DNA from: Lama guanicoe
Lineage: Eukaryota
Direction of reading: 5' to 3'
Length of the DNA stretch: 64,000 nt
NCBI GenBank assembly: GCA_013239625.1
Contig: MU055785.1
Coordinates: 6,076,001 to 6,140,000, forward strand
Position numbers and translations under genes: made by a program
The notes under the pieces: model-generated
Databases searched by the model: none
The model's input: only the letters and a program-made list of their open reading frames with translations
Told to the model about the DNA's origin: nothing
Part shown: piece after piece, positions 26,758-39,298 of the stretch
Layout: every line of letters begins with the position of its first letter
Numbering within the stretch: the first letter of the stretch is position 1

Positions 26758-27470
26758 GTCAGGCACAAAGAAATAGCTCTACATTAGGTAAAAAGCAACA
26801 CTATTAAGTATGAAAATACAAGTAAAGTAATGCAGTGAGGCGGGGAGGGGGCCGTGGGCCGCCGGAGAGTGCACGGGAGAGTCTAAAGGCCCCGTCGGCA
26901 CGTGGCAGGAATGGGCCATCTCAGAGTCCTTTCTGGGGAAGCTGGAGGCTTGGAGTTTTTAAGGGGAAACTCCCAGTTTTGAAACGTTTGGGCATCAAAT
27001 CAAGTCAAATCAGACGCAATTGCAAGCTTGATGCAGCCTGTGGACCAGCAGTTTGGAGCTTCAGGTCTGTGGGATCAGGGAGGGTTTTCCCCGAGCAGGA
27101 TGCTTTCTTCTTGGAAGTGGAAGCACTTCTCCCAGGCGATGATAGAGTTTAAGGTGGGGGTGGGGGTGTCGGGGCAAAATGTAAGACGAGACAGGAGAGA
27201 GAGAGGGCAGCCCAGACCCTGCAAGGCCTCCCAGGCTGCGTGGAGGAATTTAGACATCGTCCCAAAGGAAAATGGCCAGTCCTCGGTTATAAGCAGAGGA
27301 GCCACATGTCACATTTACAACCTGCCACACTTCTAGACCCCAATCTAATCCTTCTCCAGCTCCCCCATACTCCGAAGCAGAGGCGATGTCAGCCTGGGGG
27401 GCTGGGCCCGACCTGCTCAGTCCTGCCTCCAGAGCACCCTGCAGACAGTGACCCCTCCTGTTCCCACCAG

Positions 27471-27555
27471 ATCTGCAGAAGCTCCTGGAGATGGTTCGGG
27501 AAGATACTCGGAGAACAAACACAGTGGAAAACGGGATGCAAAAACAAGCGCCCAG
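27471..27555 (+). CDS. CCDC60: CCDC60 coding exon (about exon 8; 85 nt): NLQKLLEMVREDTRRTNTVENGMQKQAP(S)
   Basis: caccag acceptor, gtatgt donor, phase 1/2. Confidence 0.95.
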
Positions 27556-29748
27556 GTATGTTCCCTTGACACTGGGAGCAAATAAAGGCTGTCAGAGTGA
27601 TCGTGGTAACATTAAGAACAGCAGCTCCCAAGTGTTGAGTGTTTTCTCTGTGACGAGCCCCAAACTGTGCACTTAGCTCCTGTGTGTCACCTCCCTAAGT
27701 CCTGCCAACAACCCTACGAGGTAGGTACCCTCATCTTTATTTTACAAATAAGAAGATGAGGTTCAGAGAGGCTAAGTAACTCATTCAGGGTCACCCAGCT
27801 AACAAATGGTAAGGCCACAACCTGAATCCAGATCTTTCTAATTCCAAAAAGTGTTTCTTAACCACTCTGCTGCACTGCCTCCCAGGGATCCAAAGTTTAC
27901 CCATTCATTCTTCCAGTGAACCTTTATGAATGTGGATGGATCATATTCTTTATTGCGGAAAGCGTTATGAGAGGAGACAATAGGGCTGTCTGATCTAGTT
28001 TGGGATGGGGATGGGGATCAAGAGAAGTTCCCTTCAAGGAAGAAACTTTCAGCTGAGATTTTGGATGAAGAATGAAAAAGAGCTGGCCAGCCAAAGTTGT
28101 GCATGTGGGAAGAGGAGGGAGGGCAGGCCAGGGGGGCGAACACACTGCAGCATGTGCAGACGTGGTCAGAAGGGAGTGTGGCACCTGCAAGGAACTGAAA
28201 TGCTACCAAAATGGGATGGAGGGAGGTGTAAGTCTGGGGACCTGGGAAGTCACCTCTAGGATTCTGATTTCTATCCTCAGAGCAAAAAGAATCCTTTGAA
28301 ATTTCAAGCTGGTGACCAAGGTAATTAGCTCATAGAGTCAGACTTGAACCTAAGGTGTCCGTCTTCGGGATGAAAACCTTGTCCCCTGGACTTATGACCT
28401 CTAAAAGACCCAGGGAGCCCGCAGGCGAGAGCCCACATTCCCTTCCCCAGCGCAGATCCCTCTCAGTGAGCAAATTGCTCCCCGAGAAGAAACGAGGCAC
28501 TGCCTTCAGCCTGCTGGGATGCTGGCCATGACTTACCGGTTACTGTTGTCTCCGTAATTACAGTTCACCGAGCACCTGCACATGCCTCGCACCCCGTCTC
28601 TGCTTGTTAGTGATGAATCTTGCTGCAGCTGCCTCAGCTCACACCGGGGCTCTGGAGGGTGGCACTTGAAGGCCCTCGAGACAGTGTTGGCCCTTAAGGC
28701 CCTGGCCGCTGATCAGCGTTAAAGACAGACAAAGTGAGGAGGCATCAGCTCCGAGAGGCTCCTTCCTTTGTAAGAACTCACACCATGAACGCGGGCTTTG
28801 GAGTCAGAATGACATGCATTCAAGACCTGGTGCCTTTGAACACATCCCTCAGCCTTTCCTTAAACCTCAGTTTTCTCATCTGTAAAATGAGATTGTGTAT
28901 CATCCAAGCATTGGCCTTGGTACCAAGTAGACTAAGGTCAATCTCCACTTCCTTGATTTAATTGCTGTGTGCTGTTGAGCCAGTGGCTTTACCTCTCTGA
29001 GCCTGATTCCAATTCTGTAAAATGAGACTCATTAACAACCTATCCCAAGGGGCTGTAGTGAGAATTAAATCATAATATCCTGGGCAAGTGTTACTACTGT
29101 TACGGGAATAATCTCTCCATCAGTGAGTCAGTTTAAGCATTTATTGAGATAATGTGTTCAACATATTGGCCTGTGCCTGGCATATTACAAGCACACAATA
29201 AATGGTGAAGGTGGTGGTGATGGTTGCTACTTTTATTTCACGTACTTTATATGCCACACAATCTCCGCAGCACCTTGCTGAGATGGGTTTATTCACCAGT
29301 ACCCATTACCATGGGCCCATCTTGTAGATGGAGGAGAATGGCCAAGAGTGATCTGCTTCAGATCCTCAAAGACAAATCCACACGAGAACCCAGTGTTCAC
29401 ACACCCTATCATATGGCCTCTGCATTCACGTTAACGATAAAATAACCATGGTTACAGAGCAAGAACCTGTTGAAGTTTCCCTTCCTCCCTCAATTCCTCC
29501 CAGCGAAAATCTCCCTAATCTCTCGCTAAGACAGCAAATATTGAAGGCTTCTCTGCCAAGCTGCTGAGAGACAGTTAGGAAAAGCTGTCAGATTTCTTGT
29601 GCCCTATTCACTTTAGAATCTGGATTCATATTTCACTTTAGACACCAGATATGCTCCCATCAAGACTGACATTGAATTCTGGGGGTTTCAGGAACCCCTG
29701 AAAGCCAACCAGCCCCCAGCTTCAGGGCCAGGCTGCCCTCTGGTCACC

Positions 29749-30116
29749 TGTCCTAGTCCATGCAGGCTGGTATAACAAACATCCCATATACTGAGTGGCT
29801 GATAAACAACAGACACTTACTTCTCACAGTCCCAGCAGCTGGGAAGTCCAAGATCAAGGTGACAGCAGATTCAGCGTCCAGCGAGGGCTGTCTTTCTCAT
29901 CGACAACCGCCCTCTCACCGTGTCCTCACATAGTGGAAAGAGCAGGCTAGTTCTCAGGGATTTCTTTCACAAGGGCACCAGTTCCAGTCATTAGGGCTCC
30001 ACCCTCGTGATCGAATTCACCTCCCAAAGGCCTCCACCTCCTAGCACCATCCTTTTGAGGGTTAGGATTCAACACAGAAACCTGGGGGGGGGGACACAAA
30101 CATTCAGACCACAGCA
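29749..30116 (-). mobile_element. MLT1A/MST-like LTR
   Basis: tgtcctagtcc...ttctcacagt...aagtccaagatcaagg...acacaaacattcagaccacagca. Confidence 0.78.
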
Positions 30117-30610
30117 GCGTCCAAGAAGATGACCTCTTCAAATCCTCCAACGGTGTTTTCCAAAATGTCTCTGAAGATCAGAATCTGTTGGGGTGTTTGT
30201 GAAAAATACAGATTTCTCGTCTTCATCCCAGACCCACTGAATCAGAATCCCTAGAGGAAACTGTATTTTTTTTTAACAAGCACTTCGAAGGGGCGTTATT
30301 TCATGGACAGTTTTCAAAGTATGCTCTCTACACACCTGCATCAGAAGTCTGTGTGTGTGGTATGTGTGTGTGGTATGTGTGTGGTATGTGTGTGGGTTGT
30401 GTGTGGCACTTCAGGCCTAATGTCTGCAACTCTCTGGGAGTCTGGCTCTGGAATCTGTGTTCTGAACATTTTGTCCCGGGGATTTCTATACCCTGTAAAG
30501 TCTAAGATCTCTGCTTTAGAAAGAGAACTCTTCGTTCTCCCACAGATATGTGCTGTCTTAGCAGCACCATATGTTCAGTGCCTTACTAAGTGACTCATCT
30601 TGCTTTGCAG

Positions 30611-30682
30611 TGTCTTGCCAATGCTCAGACAAAACAAGAGTGATTCTGCCTATAAAGATATGCAGACCACCCACAAATCAAG
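30611..30682 (+). CDS. CCDC60: CCDC60 coding exon (about exon 9; 72 nt): VLPMLRQNKSDSAYKDMQTTHKS(S)
   Basis: tttgcag acceptor, gtagga donor, phase 2/2. Confidence 0.93.
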
Positions 30683-33273
30683 GTAGGAAGTCCTGGGCCC
30701 TATCAGGTGCAGGGAGGCACCCCACAGTTCCAGGGTGCACCCCAGAGATGGCCCTCACCAGACTATGGAAAGTGGGACAGAGAAGGAAACCTTTTTCCTT
30801 CTTCACTGGAAATAAGCTTCTTAACTCCCAGGGCTTGGTTTCTCCCCAACAATTACATACCATAAAATCAGAGTCTCCCAGTAGCAGAGGGATGAAGTAG
30901 GGAGGGGGTGTTAAAGAACCAGCCCTTCCCTCTTGACTTGAGTGACTTGGGGGAGGTGAAGGTCTGCCCCCAACTCATTTATTCATCTGGAGAATAGTCA
31001 GCCATCCCTGCCATGTGCCAGCAGGTGTGCTGGGGTTTTTGGAGATGCAACAATAAACAAGACAGATGCAGTCCGCCCCCGTGAAGCTCACCATCTGGCC
31101 AGGGTGGGTTATAACTCCTTTTGTGTCATGGGCTCTTTGACCGTCTAAGAAAGCCTATGGACTCCTTTCAGAAAAATGCTTTTAAATGCATCTTGTAAAT
31201 TCCCAGGGTTTACAAAGAATTCTGTAGTAGTGTCAAAAACGCTACTGCAACCAGATTTGGGATATATGGTCCTCTAATGAGCTGCTTGAGCAATACCTTA
31301 TATAACAAGACTGAGCAGCAGGTCTAATAACTACCGTAATTTTGGATTAGTGTCAAATATAAATGATTTTTCAAAATATCTCCCACAATTTTAATGTAAT
31401 GTGCAAAACCCTGTGATTTCCATTTCTGCCAAAGGCTAGTTAAAATGAAGACATAACCTGTTTTTTTTTTCCCATCTGCATTCGTGGAATCATCCTTGAA
31501 TCCTGCCCATGGTTAAGAATTGCTGGTCTAATGGGAGAGTCATGCATTTATCCAATAATCCCAGAGAGTTAGCCATATAATCATGACCGTGGAAAGCATT
31601 TTGAAGGAGAATTATGGGGGATTGAGTAACTATGGAGCACCAGGGTCCTAATCAAGGCTGAGTTTAACATTTAAGCTGAGACCTGAAAAAAAAAAAAGAA
31701 AAAGGAAGAAGAAGAATTAGCTAGCCTATCACTGGGAAAGTGGGACTAGTGTTCCAAGCAGAGGGAAGAGCATGTGCAAAGGATCTGAGACAAGAGGAAG
31801 CTGAGGTCAACTGAGCAAAGACTGGTGTGGTTGAAACTCAAGGAGGACCAGGGAAAGGGGAGACTGAGACCAGCAGAGGGGTCTTTTGTTTGTTTGTTTG
31901 TTTGTTTGTTTATCACAGCTAAAACGCTGCTTCCTTCACCTCCCACCTCCTCCCTCTCTTCTAGAAAAGAAGAGAGCCACCTTTAGGAGGAGGATCAAAA
32001 CCAACACCCACACCCCTCAAAGAACTCATCGGCAGGGGCTGGGGCAGCTGGTTGGAACCCAAACACAGGGCTTTCTGGGCATTGTTACTGGGGCTCTGCT
32101 TCCCAGCAAGGTGGGATAAGGGCTCGCTCCATCACCTACCAGGCCTAAGACCTCTAGGTCCAGTCCCATGAGCCTCTGGGAAAAGCAGCAAAAGCCAGAA
32201 CCTTTCCTCTGGGAAGTGAGTGGTCTGGGAATGGCCAGAGAAGTCCCAGATGCCCGAGGGTTGGAAGGGAAAGGTTAGCCACACATCACAGGGACAGGAA
32301 AAACAGTCTCACGAGCCTCTATAACCACACAGATAGAGCAGTCAAGTTAAATCTCCAGTGTCTGGAAGAAACAAAGGGAGGCAAGGTGTGAGCAAAGGTG
32401 GTGGACACTGGCACTGAAGGCCTGGGTCACTAAAGGAGGACCTGAAAGGGGAGGGGAGGTTGGGCCTGAGCAACAAGCTTCACCCCCACCTAGGAACCCT
32501 AGCCAGGCAAAGTCACAGGAGGGAGCAGCCACTTAAGGAATTCGATCAGCCCACACCTAGAAAGGGTCAAAGTATGTGAAGAGTTGACTGATCTCAGATG
32601 AGGAAACTGACAATCCAGAGCAGAGGTGCTTATCCACACACTGGGAGGTGGTGGTGCCAGGGCTGGGCTCTGAACCCAGCTCTGCCTGCCTCCAAAGTGG
32701 GGTGAAATGGGTGTTTGGCACAAGGGTCCAGTCTAGAGAAGAGAATCCTTGAATGAAGAGGCATTCTGGGGCTGGGAACACCAAAGACAATGTGCCTAGG
32801 AGGACTGGACCTTCCCTTCACCAAATCTGCACTCAGCTCCAGGTTAAGTGCGGACAGGTGTAGAGAGGAGGCTGGAAGGGTCTAAGACGAACCTATCCTC
32901 CAGGTGGAGGGACCAATTTTATACAAATGAAACTAGGGTCCAGAAAATGTCATCCCGACAGTACGCAGAGGCAGAAGGTCGAAGTTGGACTAGAAGAATC
33001 AGAGCAGGCAGAACTTGCTGTGAGCCACGAAACAGAGGAGGATTTGAGTAGGTGGAAGAGAACCAAGGAGGGCTTTTCAGGTAGAGTGTCCAGTAGGAAC
33101 AAAGACCAAGATATGGGGAAAATATACGTTGAGTTCTGTTACCGATGCCTTGATTAGGATCTCCTCCCTCACCTGAATCCTGAAGGCTAGCTGGTATCAT
33201 GGGGCCCCTGAAGTCACCCCTTTTTGTGAAAATCAGACTGCAAGCAACTTGAGACCATCCCTTTGTGTTCCAG

Positions 33274-33336
33274 TGACAGATCCAGCAGTACAAGTGGAGA
33301 CAGCCACTCCCAGTTACTGCAGAAGAAGCCTAAAAG
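33274..33336 (+). CDS. CCDC60: CCDC60 coding exon (about exon 10; 63 nt): DRSSSTSGDSHSQLLQKKPK(S)
   Basis: ttccag acceptor, gtaagc donor, phase 2/2. Confidence 0.92.
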
Positions 33337-34015
33337 GTAAGCCAGGTGGGCAACTGAGGAGGCCAGGCAAGAGAGACTATGGCAACCACACTGTCTTCCC
33401 AGGGGTGTTGAAATAACACAATGCAGACCAGGTGCCTGAAGCCATAGACACTGCTGAAGGACAAAGGACTCCCAGGGGAAGGGGCTCATGGCTCAGATGC
33501 ATGGCAACAACACAGGCAATGTCAGCAGAGTCTTCCTCCATGCTTGGCACTGGGCAAAGCACTCCATATTCATTGTCTTGCTTATTCCTCAAAGTCAATC
33601 CTGTGAAGCAGGGGTGCCATTCCATTCTACGGAGGAACAGGCTGAAACCTGGCCAGGTGAAATGTCTCTCTGGAGGCCATGTGTCTAAAAAGTGATGGTG
33701 CAGGAGTTTGAACCTGAGTCTCCCAGCTCCAAATTCTATTTTCATCTCACTATCCTTAACATTCACTGGGCTTAAATGACCAGATGTCTCACTGTGGGCT
33801 CATTTAATAAGGCCTGACCCACCAGCCTGATGTTGTTGGGAAGATCTATCCTTCCTACGTCCAGGGGAATGCTGAAGGAGGCTTCAGGTGAGGGTAGAGA
33901 ACCTGACAGGATCCAGAGAATCCCTATTTCAGAGCACCTAGGGACCCAGGGAGGCCTGTCTCATGGGTCCATCCCATGGGCTCCGCCCCCAAGCCCTTCT
34001 TATCTGTGTCAACAG

Positions 34016-34138
34016 CCGCGCCAACCGTGACATCATGCATGGCAAGAGTGGGGTGTGTAACACCATGAGGGCCAAGTTCTACAGTGTGGCCCAGGAAGCT
34101 GGCTTCTGTCTACAGGACAAGATGGAAATCTTCATAAA
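34016..34138 (+). CDS. CCDC60: CCDC60 coding exon (about exon 11; 123 nt): RANRDIMHGKSGVCNTMRAKFYSVAQEAGFCLQDKMEIFIK
   Basis: aacag acceptor, gtaagg donor, phase 2/2. Confidence 0.95.
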
Positions 34139-34939
34139 GTAAGGACACACATATACCCATTCACTCAAAGGACATTCATCTGCCACCTGCGATGTACCCA
34201 CCAGATGCTAGGTGTTGGGGCTACAGCAGGGAACACAAAGGGCATGTTTCTGCCCTCAGGGAACTGAGGACAGAAAATGTGGAAGATGTGGGCAGAGATA
34301 AAATAAATGAATCAATATATTATACGATTACAAATTATAGCCATTGCTATATGGTAAGAGAGCAGGGTTCTAGGAGAAAGAGAGAGAAGCCATGGGGACC
34401 TAATTCAGGTTGGGTAATCCAAGAAGACCTCTCTAGGGAGGTGACTTTGAGGCTGAGCCCTAACAGATGAAGAGGAGCTGGCTGTGCGGTGAAAAGGGAG
34501 GACATTCCAGGCAGCAGGAAAGTGCATACAAAGTCCCAAAGTAGGAAGGGACATGGAAAATTTGAAGAGGAATAAGAAGTGGTAGGTGAGAGTGGCATCG
34601 TGCACAGCCGTAAATGTCATAACTAAGACTTGGAACTTGCCTTTCAGAGCACCAGCTGGCCACTGGAAGCTTTTCTTTTCTCTTCTGTCAACCCAAATAG
34701 GGAGAGAATGAGGGCCGATAAAAAGCGACTGGATTTAGCAAGACAGGAGCATTTCAGGACCTTGGAGAGAGCTATATCATCCATCCTGTGCCCTGAGCTG
34801 TAAATTACAGTGGCCCAGAGGCTTAAGGGCCTTATGAAAGAAAAGATGTTTAACTCAGATCTCAAAGGGAAGCTAGGATGATTCACAGGGAAGGGTATCT
34901 GATTTCTTCTTCCTCTTTCTCTTACAACCTGTGATGCAG

Positions 34940-35071
34940 GCGCCAAGAAGAAAGAGCTCTCCAGAAGTTCCATGCTTTCAACCGTGTCTCAAATTTCCAA
35001 AAGGATATAGCAAAGATGAGACGTCAAGTCTCCGTGGTAAAAGGAGGTTCAGAAGAAATTGCAGACCACTG
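34940..35071 (+). CDS. CCDC60: CCDC60 coding exon (about exon 12; 132 nt): RQEERALQKFHAFNRVSNFQKDIAKMRRQVSVVKGGSEEIADHW
   Basis: tgcag acceptor, gtaaag donor, phase 2/2. Confidence 0.95.
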
Positions 35072-35889
35072 GTAAAGTGTCTGAGAGCCAGATAAGACGG
35101 TCCCTGAATGGGGTACAGGAGGCTCTGGAGTTACAATATTACATTTGATTCCATTATTCTTTAAGACACAGACAGGCATCGTTCCAAAACTGTCCTTGAC
35201 CACCAGCATCCACTCCCCCAGCCCACCCAACCCCCCGGCCAAACAGGCTACCTCCAGAGTACACTCAGGCAAGAAGCCCTCAGTTCCTGAACCACAGATA
35301 ATCCACCCAGCTGTGTTCTCCATATCTACCTTCTGTTTGATTCAGGCTTGCAAATAAGGACAAACTTGCCAGCCCCCATAAGAGAGGCAGACAAGGCAAA
35401 CCAACTTGAAAATTTCTATAGATTCTGAGGTCTACAAGGGAAGACGCATATTCCCCAAATGATTTAACGCGTAAAGGTACAAAGCCATATCCCAGGAACT
35501 GTGCCCTAGCACAGGGCTGACAATGAGTACAACAGAAAGCAATGTGAATTGAGTGACTGGATGGCAGACACTACCCTAAGTAATTTTCATAAATTATCGA
35601 GTTTATTCCCCACAAAACATCCTGAAGGGTACATATTAGCCCCCACTTTACAAACAAAGAAACTTTAGGATTTAACCCCCATCTAATCCGTTTCTATGAT
35701 GATTTGCAATATAGAGTCTGATTTCCTGAACCTCCATCCTGTCAGGGTGAGTGAATCAAGATCTAAGAGTAAGATGGGAAAGTCTAAAAATGTACCCAGA
35801 AACCCTTTGACAATTTTAATAATGCAAAATGGGAGCTTACAAAGAGACTTGAATAAATATATAAATATATATCACAAATACAAAGCAGT

Positions 35890-36037
35890 ATGAGTAGCTC
35901 AAAATGTATGACGAGTGCATGATTAGCATGCATGAGGTCCTGAGTTCAATCCCCAGTACCTCCTCCAAATATAAAGAAATGAACCTAATTACCTCCCCCT
36001 CATAAAAAAAGAAAAGAAAAAGAGAGGAAAAAAAAAG
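35890..36037 (+). mobile_element. Camelid tRNA-derived SINE (longer variant)
   Basis: tagctca...agcatgcatgaggtcctgagttcaatccccagtacctcc...aacctaattacctcccc plus A-rich tail. Confidence 0.8.
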
Positions 36038-36321
36038 ATTCCAACATGTATGATGGATGATCAATTTCTTCTTTAAATTTTTCCACATGTATATGTATCA
36101 GAAGAAAAAAACCTTTTCTAAATGAGATGCCACCCACTGCCTTAAGTCTTGATCATACCTGAACAACCCCCAGGTTAGAACCTACCTTGTTCCCACCATC
36201 TCAAGGATGGAATTCCAAATCACCTTAGACACTGTCATAATACTTATAAAGGCTCTTAAAACCCACTGAAACACACAAAGCCATGATCCAAGCTTACTCA
36301 TTGGTCAGGGTCATGGAAGAT

Positions 36322-36381
36322 ACACACACACACGCACACTCTCTCTCACACACACACACACCCTCAGCAGCAGCAGCAGCA
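36322..36381. repeat. Compound (CA)n/(CT)n repeat and (CAG)5
   Basis: Seen directly. Confidence 0.9.
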
Positions 36382-36805
36382 TCTTGTGTGTGAGAGCCTC
36401 TTGCATCCTAGGAGGTATCCCACAGATGTGTCCGTGTCCTCCTTGGCCTGATTAACTCCCAAAAGAGAAGCTTCAGAATGACAATGTCCTTCCTTCCTTC
36501 CTTCTAGCTTTTCACACTGTCTGCTTGATAGAAAAATTATAAATGCATCGCTTTAAAGCGTGCCCTTAATTTTTTTAAATGTGATGCAAATCATACTTCA
36601 GCTTTTACAGTCCCTAAAAATCAAGACTTACCTGACCTGGGGATACTTTGCATTTAGGAGGGAGGAAAGTCCCCCAGGTAAATACCAAAGCCGCCCTGGA
36701 GACATCCCATGAGTGGTAAAAAGAGATAGGGGTGATGGGCACCTGAGGTGCCCAGACCCATCTCCCAGCAGTTTCCTAACTGGGTCTCTCCTCTTGGAAT
36801 TGAAG

Positions 36806-36995
36806 GTACTTTGACCTGCTGTCCAAACTCCCTGAGGATCTAAAAACTTTCCGCCCCGCCAGAAAGATCCTGTCAAAACTGCAGAAGTTTGGAGAAAATC
36901 TGGACCTGAGGATCCGGCCGCACGTCCTCCTGAAGGTGCTGCAGGACCTGAGAATCTGGGAACTGTGCTCTCCGGACATCGCAGTGGCGATCGAG
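36806..36995 (+). CDS. CCDC60: CCDC60 coding exon (about exon 13; 190 nt): YFDLLSKLPEDLKTFRPARKILSKLQKFGENLDLRIRPHVLLKVLQDLRIWELCSPDIAVAIE
   Basis: tgaag acceptor, gtgact donor, phase 2/0; matches the recalled conserved C-terminal region. Confidence 0.96.
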
Positions 36996-37282
36996 GTGAC
37001 TACCTCTTCCTTTCCCCTCACCGTGCCTCGGGCACACACATCCAGGCATCTCTCAACATCCAGGCTCTGTTTAAGTGCTGGGAACACAGCTTTAAAAAGA
37101 CCTAAAGGCCTTCAGTGAACTCATCAACGAACAGGAGAGGGATTGTCACGTGACCTGGGTTGTTCAACTCCAGGGGTCGTTATGTTCTCTGCAGTGACTC
37201 CTGGAGACTTGAGGGCTTCAGAGAGACATAAATAAATGGACACTTGAATAAAATAACTGGCAGTCCTAATAAGGAACAAAAC

Positions 37283-37432
37283 TGTGGGCCCCTGGGCCAA
37301 CAGCGTGGACATCACCTGGGTGCTTGTTAGAAACGCAGAATCTCAGGCTCCAAACCATATCTGCCAACTCAGAACCTACATTTAAATGAGACCCCAGGTG
37401 ACTTGTTTGTACAATAAAGTTTGAGGAGCACA
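37283..37432. mobile_element. MER5A-like hAT MITE (others at about 30150-30515 and 43315-43478)
   Basis: catcacctgggtgcttgttagaaacgcagaatctcagg...aaagtttgaggagcac. Confidence 0.75.
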
Positions 37433-38492
37433 GACTTAAGGTAAATGTAAGAGGAGGCTCATCGTGACTAGAGCGACAGGGGAGGTGACTTTTCCGCTGA
37501 GACCTGAACAATGAGAAGGCAGCATCGTGAAGAGAAGGGGAAAGAGCAGGTCAGGAAGAGGGAACAGCAGGTGCAAAGGCCCCAGATCAGGACAGAACGT
37601 GACTGGTTGGAGGAATTCTGTGGCCGCCCATGGGTTCGGAAGGAAGAGAGCAGGAAGGCGCACAGTCCCAAGGGGATTGAAGGGGTCAGTCTGCGCAGCT
37701 CTCTGAAGGTCAAGGATTTAGGTTTATCTTGAGGGTGCTGAGGAGCCACTGAGTGGTTTTCCATAGTCGTTCACCCTCCCCGCCCACCCTAGGAGCTCCC
37801 AGTGCTCTGTACTCAGCTAGGGCATCCAAAGGTGTCAGCAGATGGGGGGAGGGCGAGGAGCCCACACTAAGGTATTAACAGATGTTAGTGGAGTCGCTTC
37901 CTTCATTTTATCTGATGGCACAAGTACATTTTAATCAGGCTTTCGGTGCCTCAGGATAAAGAAGAGACTCAAATGGCGGCATTGGCAGGCCTCTCGATGT
38001 TTTCATGGCAGGTTGGCCCTTGCACAGGCTGACCTGGGTGGGCGTGGGTGTACGGGTGCAAGGTCGGGAGTGGGGGACAGAGGGGACGACCCTGTAGACA
38101 AATTCGTGTGTGCAGACTCCATTCCCCACACACATCCTGTGGAGCTCTTTCAGGCTGGTCCAAACCTAACTCTAGGACAACTGTCTGTGTATGGGATCCA
38201 CATTCCACCTGCCAATTACAGGGGGCATGGAAAAGGCGATCTCTGAGTGGGTCAGAGAGGAGGGGGCCCTAGCTAATAAAACTTAGCATGCTCATATCCC
38301 AGTGAGAACATCCCAGAACTTCTGATAACCGAGATGTGGGGGTCTCTTAATCCAGAATCTATATGAAACTCTGTGTTTTGTGTCTTAACCCTTTCCTGGA
38401 AGCAAGCCTGTTGTTGTCATCAATTCTTAAAAGGGTCTATGGACCCAAAAAAGTTTAAGGACAAATGGCTTTTTAAAAAGATATTAAGGAAT

Positions 38493-38594
38493 AGGGGGAG
38501 AGGGTATAGCTCATTGGTAGAGTGTATGCTTATCTTGCATGAGGTCCTGGGTTCCACCTCTATTAAAATAGATAAACAAAAACAACAACAACAA
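38493..38594 (+). mobile_element. Camelid tRNA-derived SINE in the last CCDC60 intron
   Basis: ggggagagggtatagctcattggtagagtg...gaggtcctgggttc plus (CAA)n tail; atattaagga repeated on both flanks. Confidence 0.82.
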
Positions 38595-38912
38595 GAAATA
38601 TTAAGGAGCAGAGAAGAGAGAAAAATGCAGACAACTGGGTTTTCCTGTTCTCCCCAAATTTCTTTGGGTCAGTAGCAACAAGAAAGGGCTTAAAATTAGC
38701 CTGCTGAATCAGAGTGCTAGAAAGGGGTCCTTTTCTTGAGAGAACCGTCCCCAGCACGATGCTCCAGGCATCCTAAGTGCCTGGATGGTTGGAGGCATCC
38801 TGAGGCCGCCCAGCCTCAACCGCAGATCTTCCAGGATCTTGTTGGGGAGGGAGGAGGCACTGAGCCTAGCTTTCAGACCAAATCTGAGGCTGCCATTGTA
38901 TTTGCCCATCAG

Positions 38913-39014
38913 TTTGTGCGAGAACACGTCGTCCATATGCCTCAAGAGGATTATATCAACTGGCTGCAGAACCGAATCAACGTCCCCATTCGACCCCACA
39001 GTGCCCAGCCGTAG
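38913..39014 (+). CDS. CCDC60: CCDC60 last coding exon (about exon 14): FVREHVVHMPQEDYINWLQNRINVPIRPHSAQP*
   Basis: catcag acceptor, phase 0, TAG at 39012-39014; matches the recalled CCDC60 C-terminus. Confidence 0.96.
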   Translation, partial: FVREHVVHMPQEDYINWLQNRINVPIRPHSAQP

Positions 39015-39292
39015 GGGGCCTGGGTTGACCAGCTATCCCAGTGGAGGCGGGCTCTCTACACTGTATTCCTGCTTCCTGCCTACTCTTATGAATACTCGTC
39101 ATGATACAGTAGGGTCCTCTGCACACCGGCTTCTGGCAACATTCGAGAGAGAGAGAGCCATTCCCAGGTAGAAACTCGCCTCTACCTCTCACCCCAGCCT
39201 CAGTCTCCCAGCCTCTGTTCCTATGTTCCAGCCTGACCACCCACTCCCTCTCCAGGTTCCTTCACCCTCCTCCTCTTCCTCAAATTCTGGAT

Positions 39293-39298
39293 AATAAA
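39293..39298 (+). terminator. CCDC60: Probable CCDC60 polyadenylation signal AATAAA (3' UTR about 300 nt)
   Basis: First AATAAA after the stop codon, followed by TGTTTG. Confidence 0.75.
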
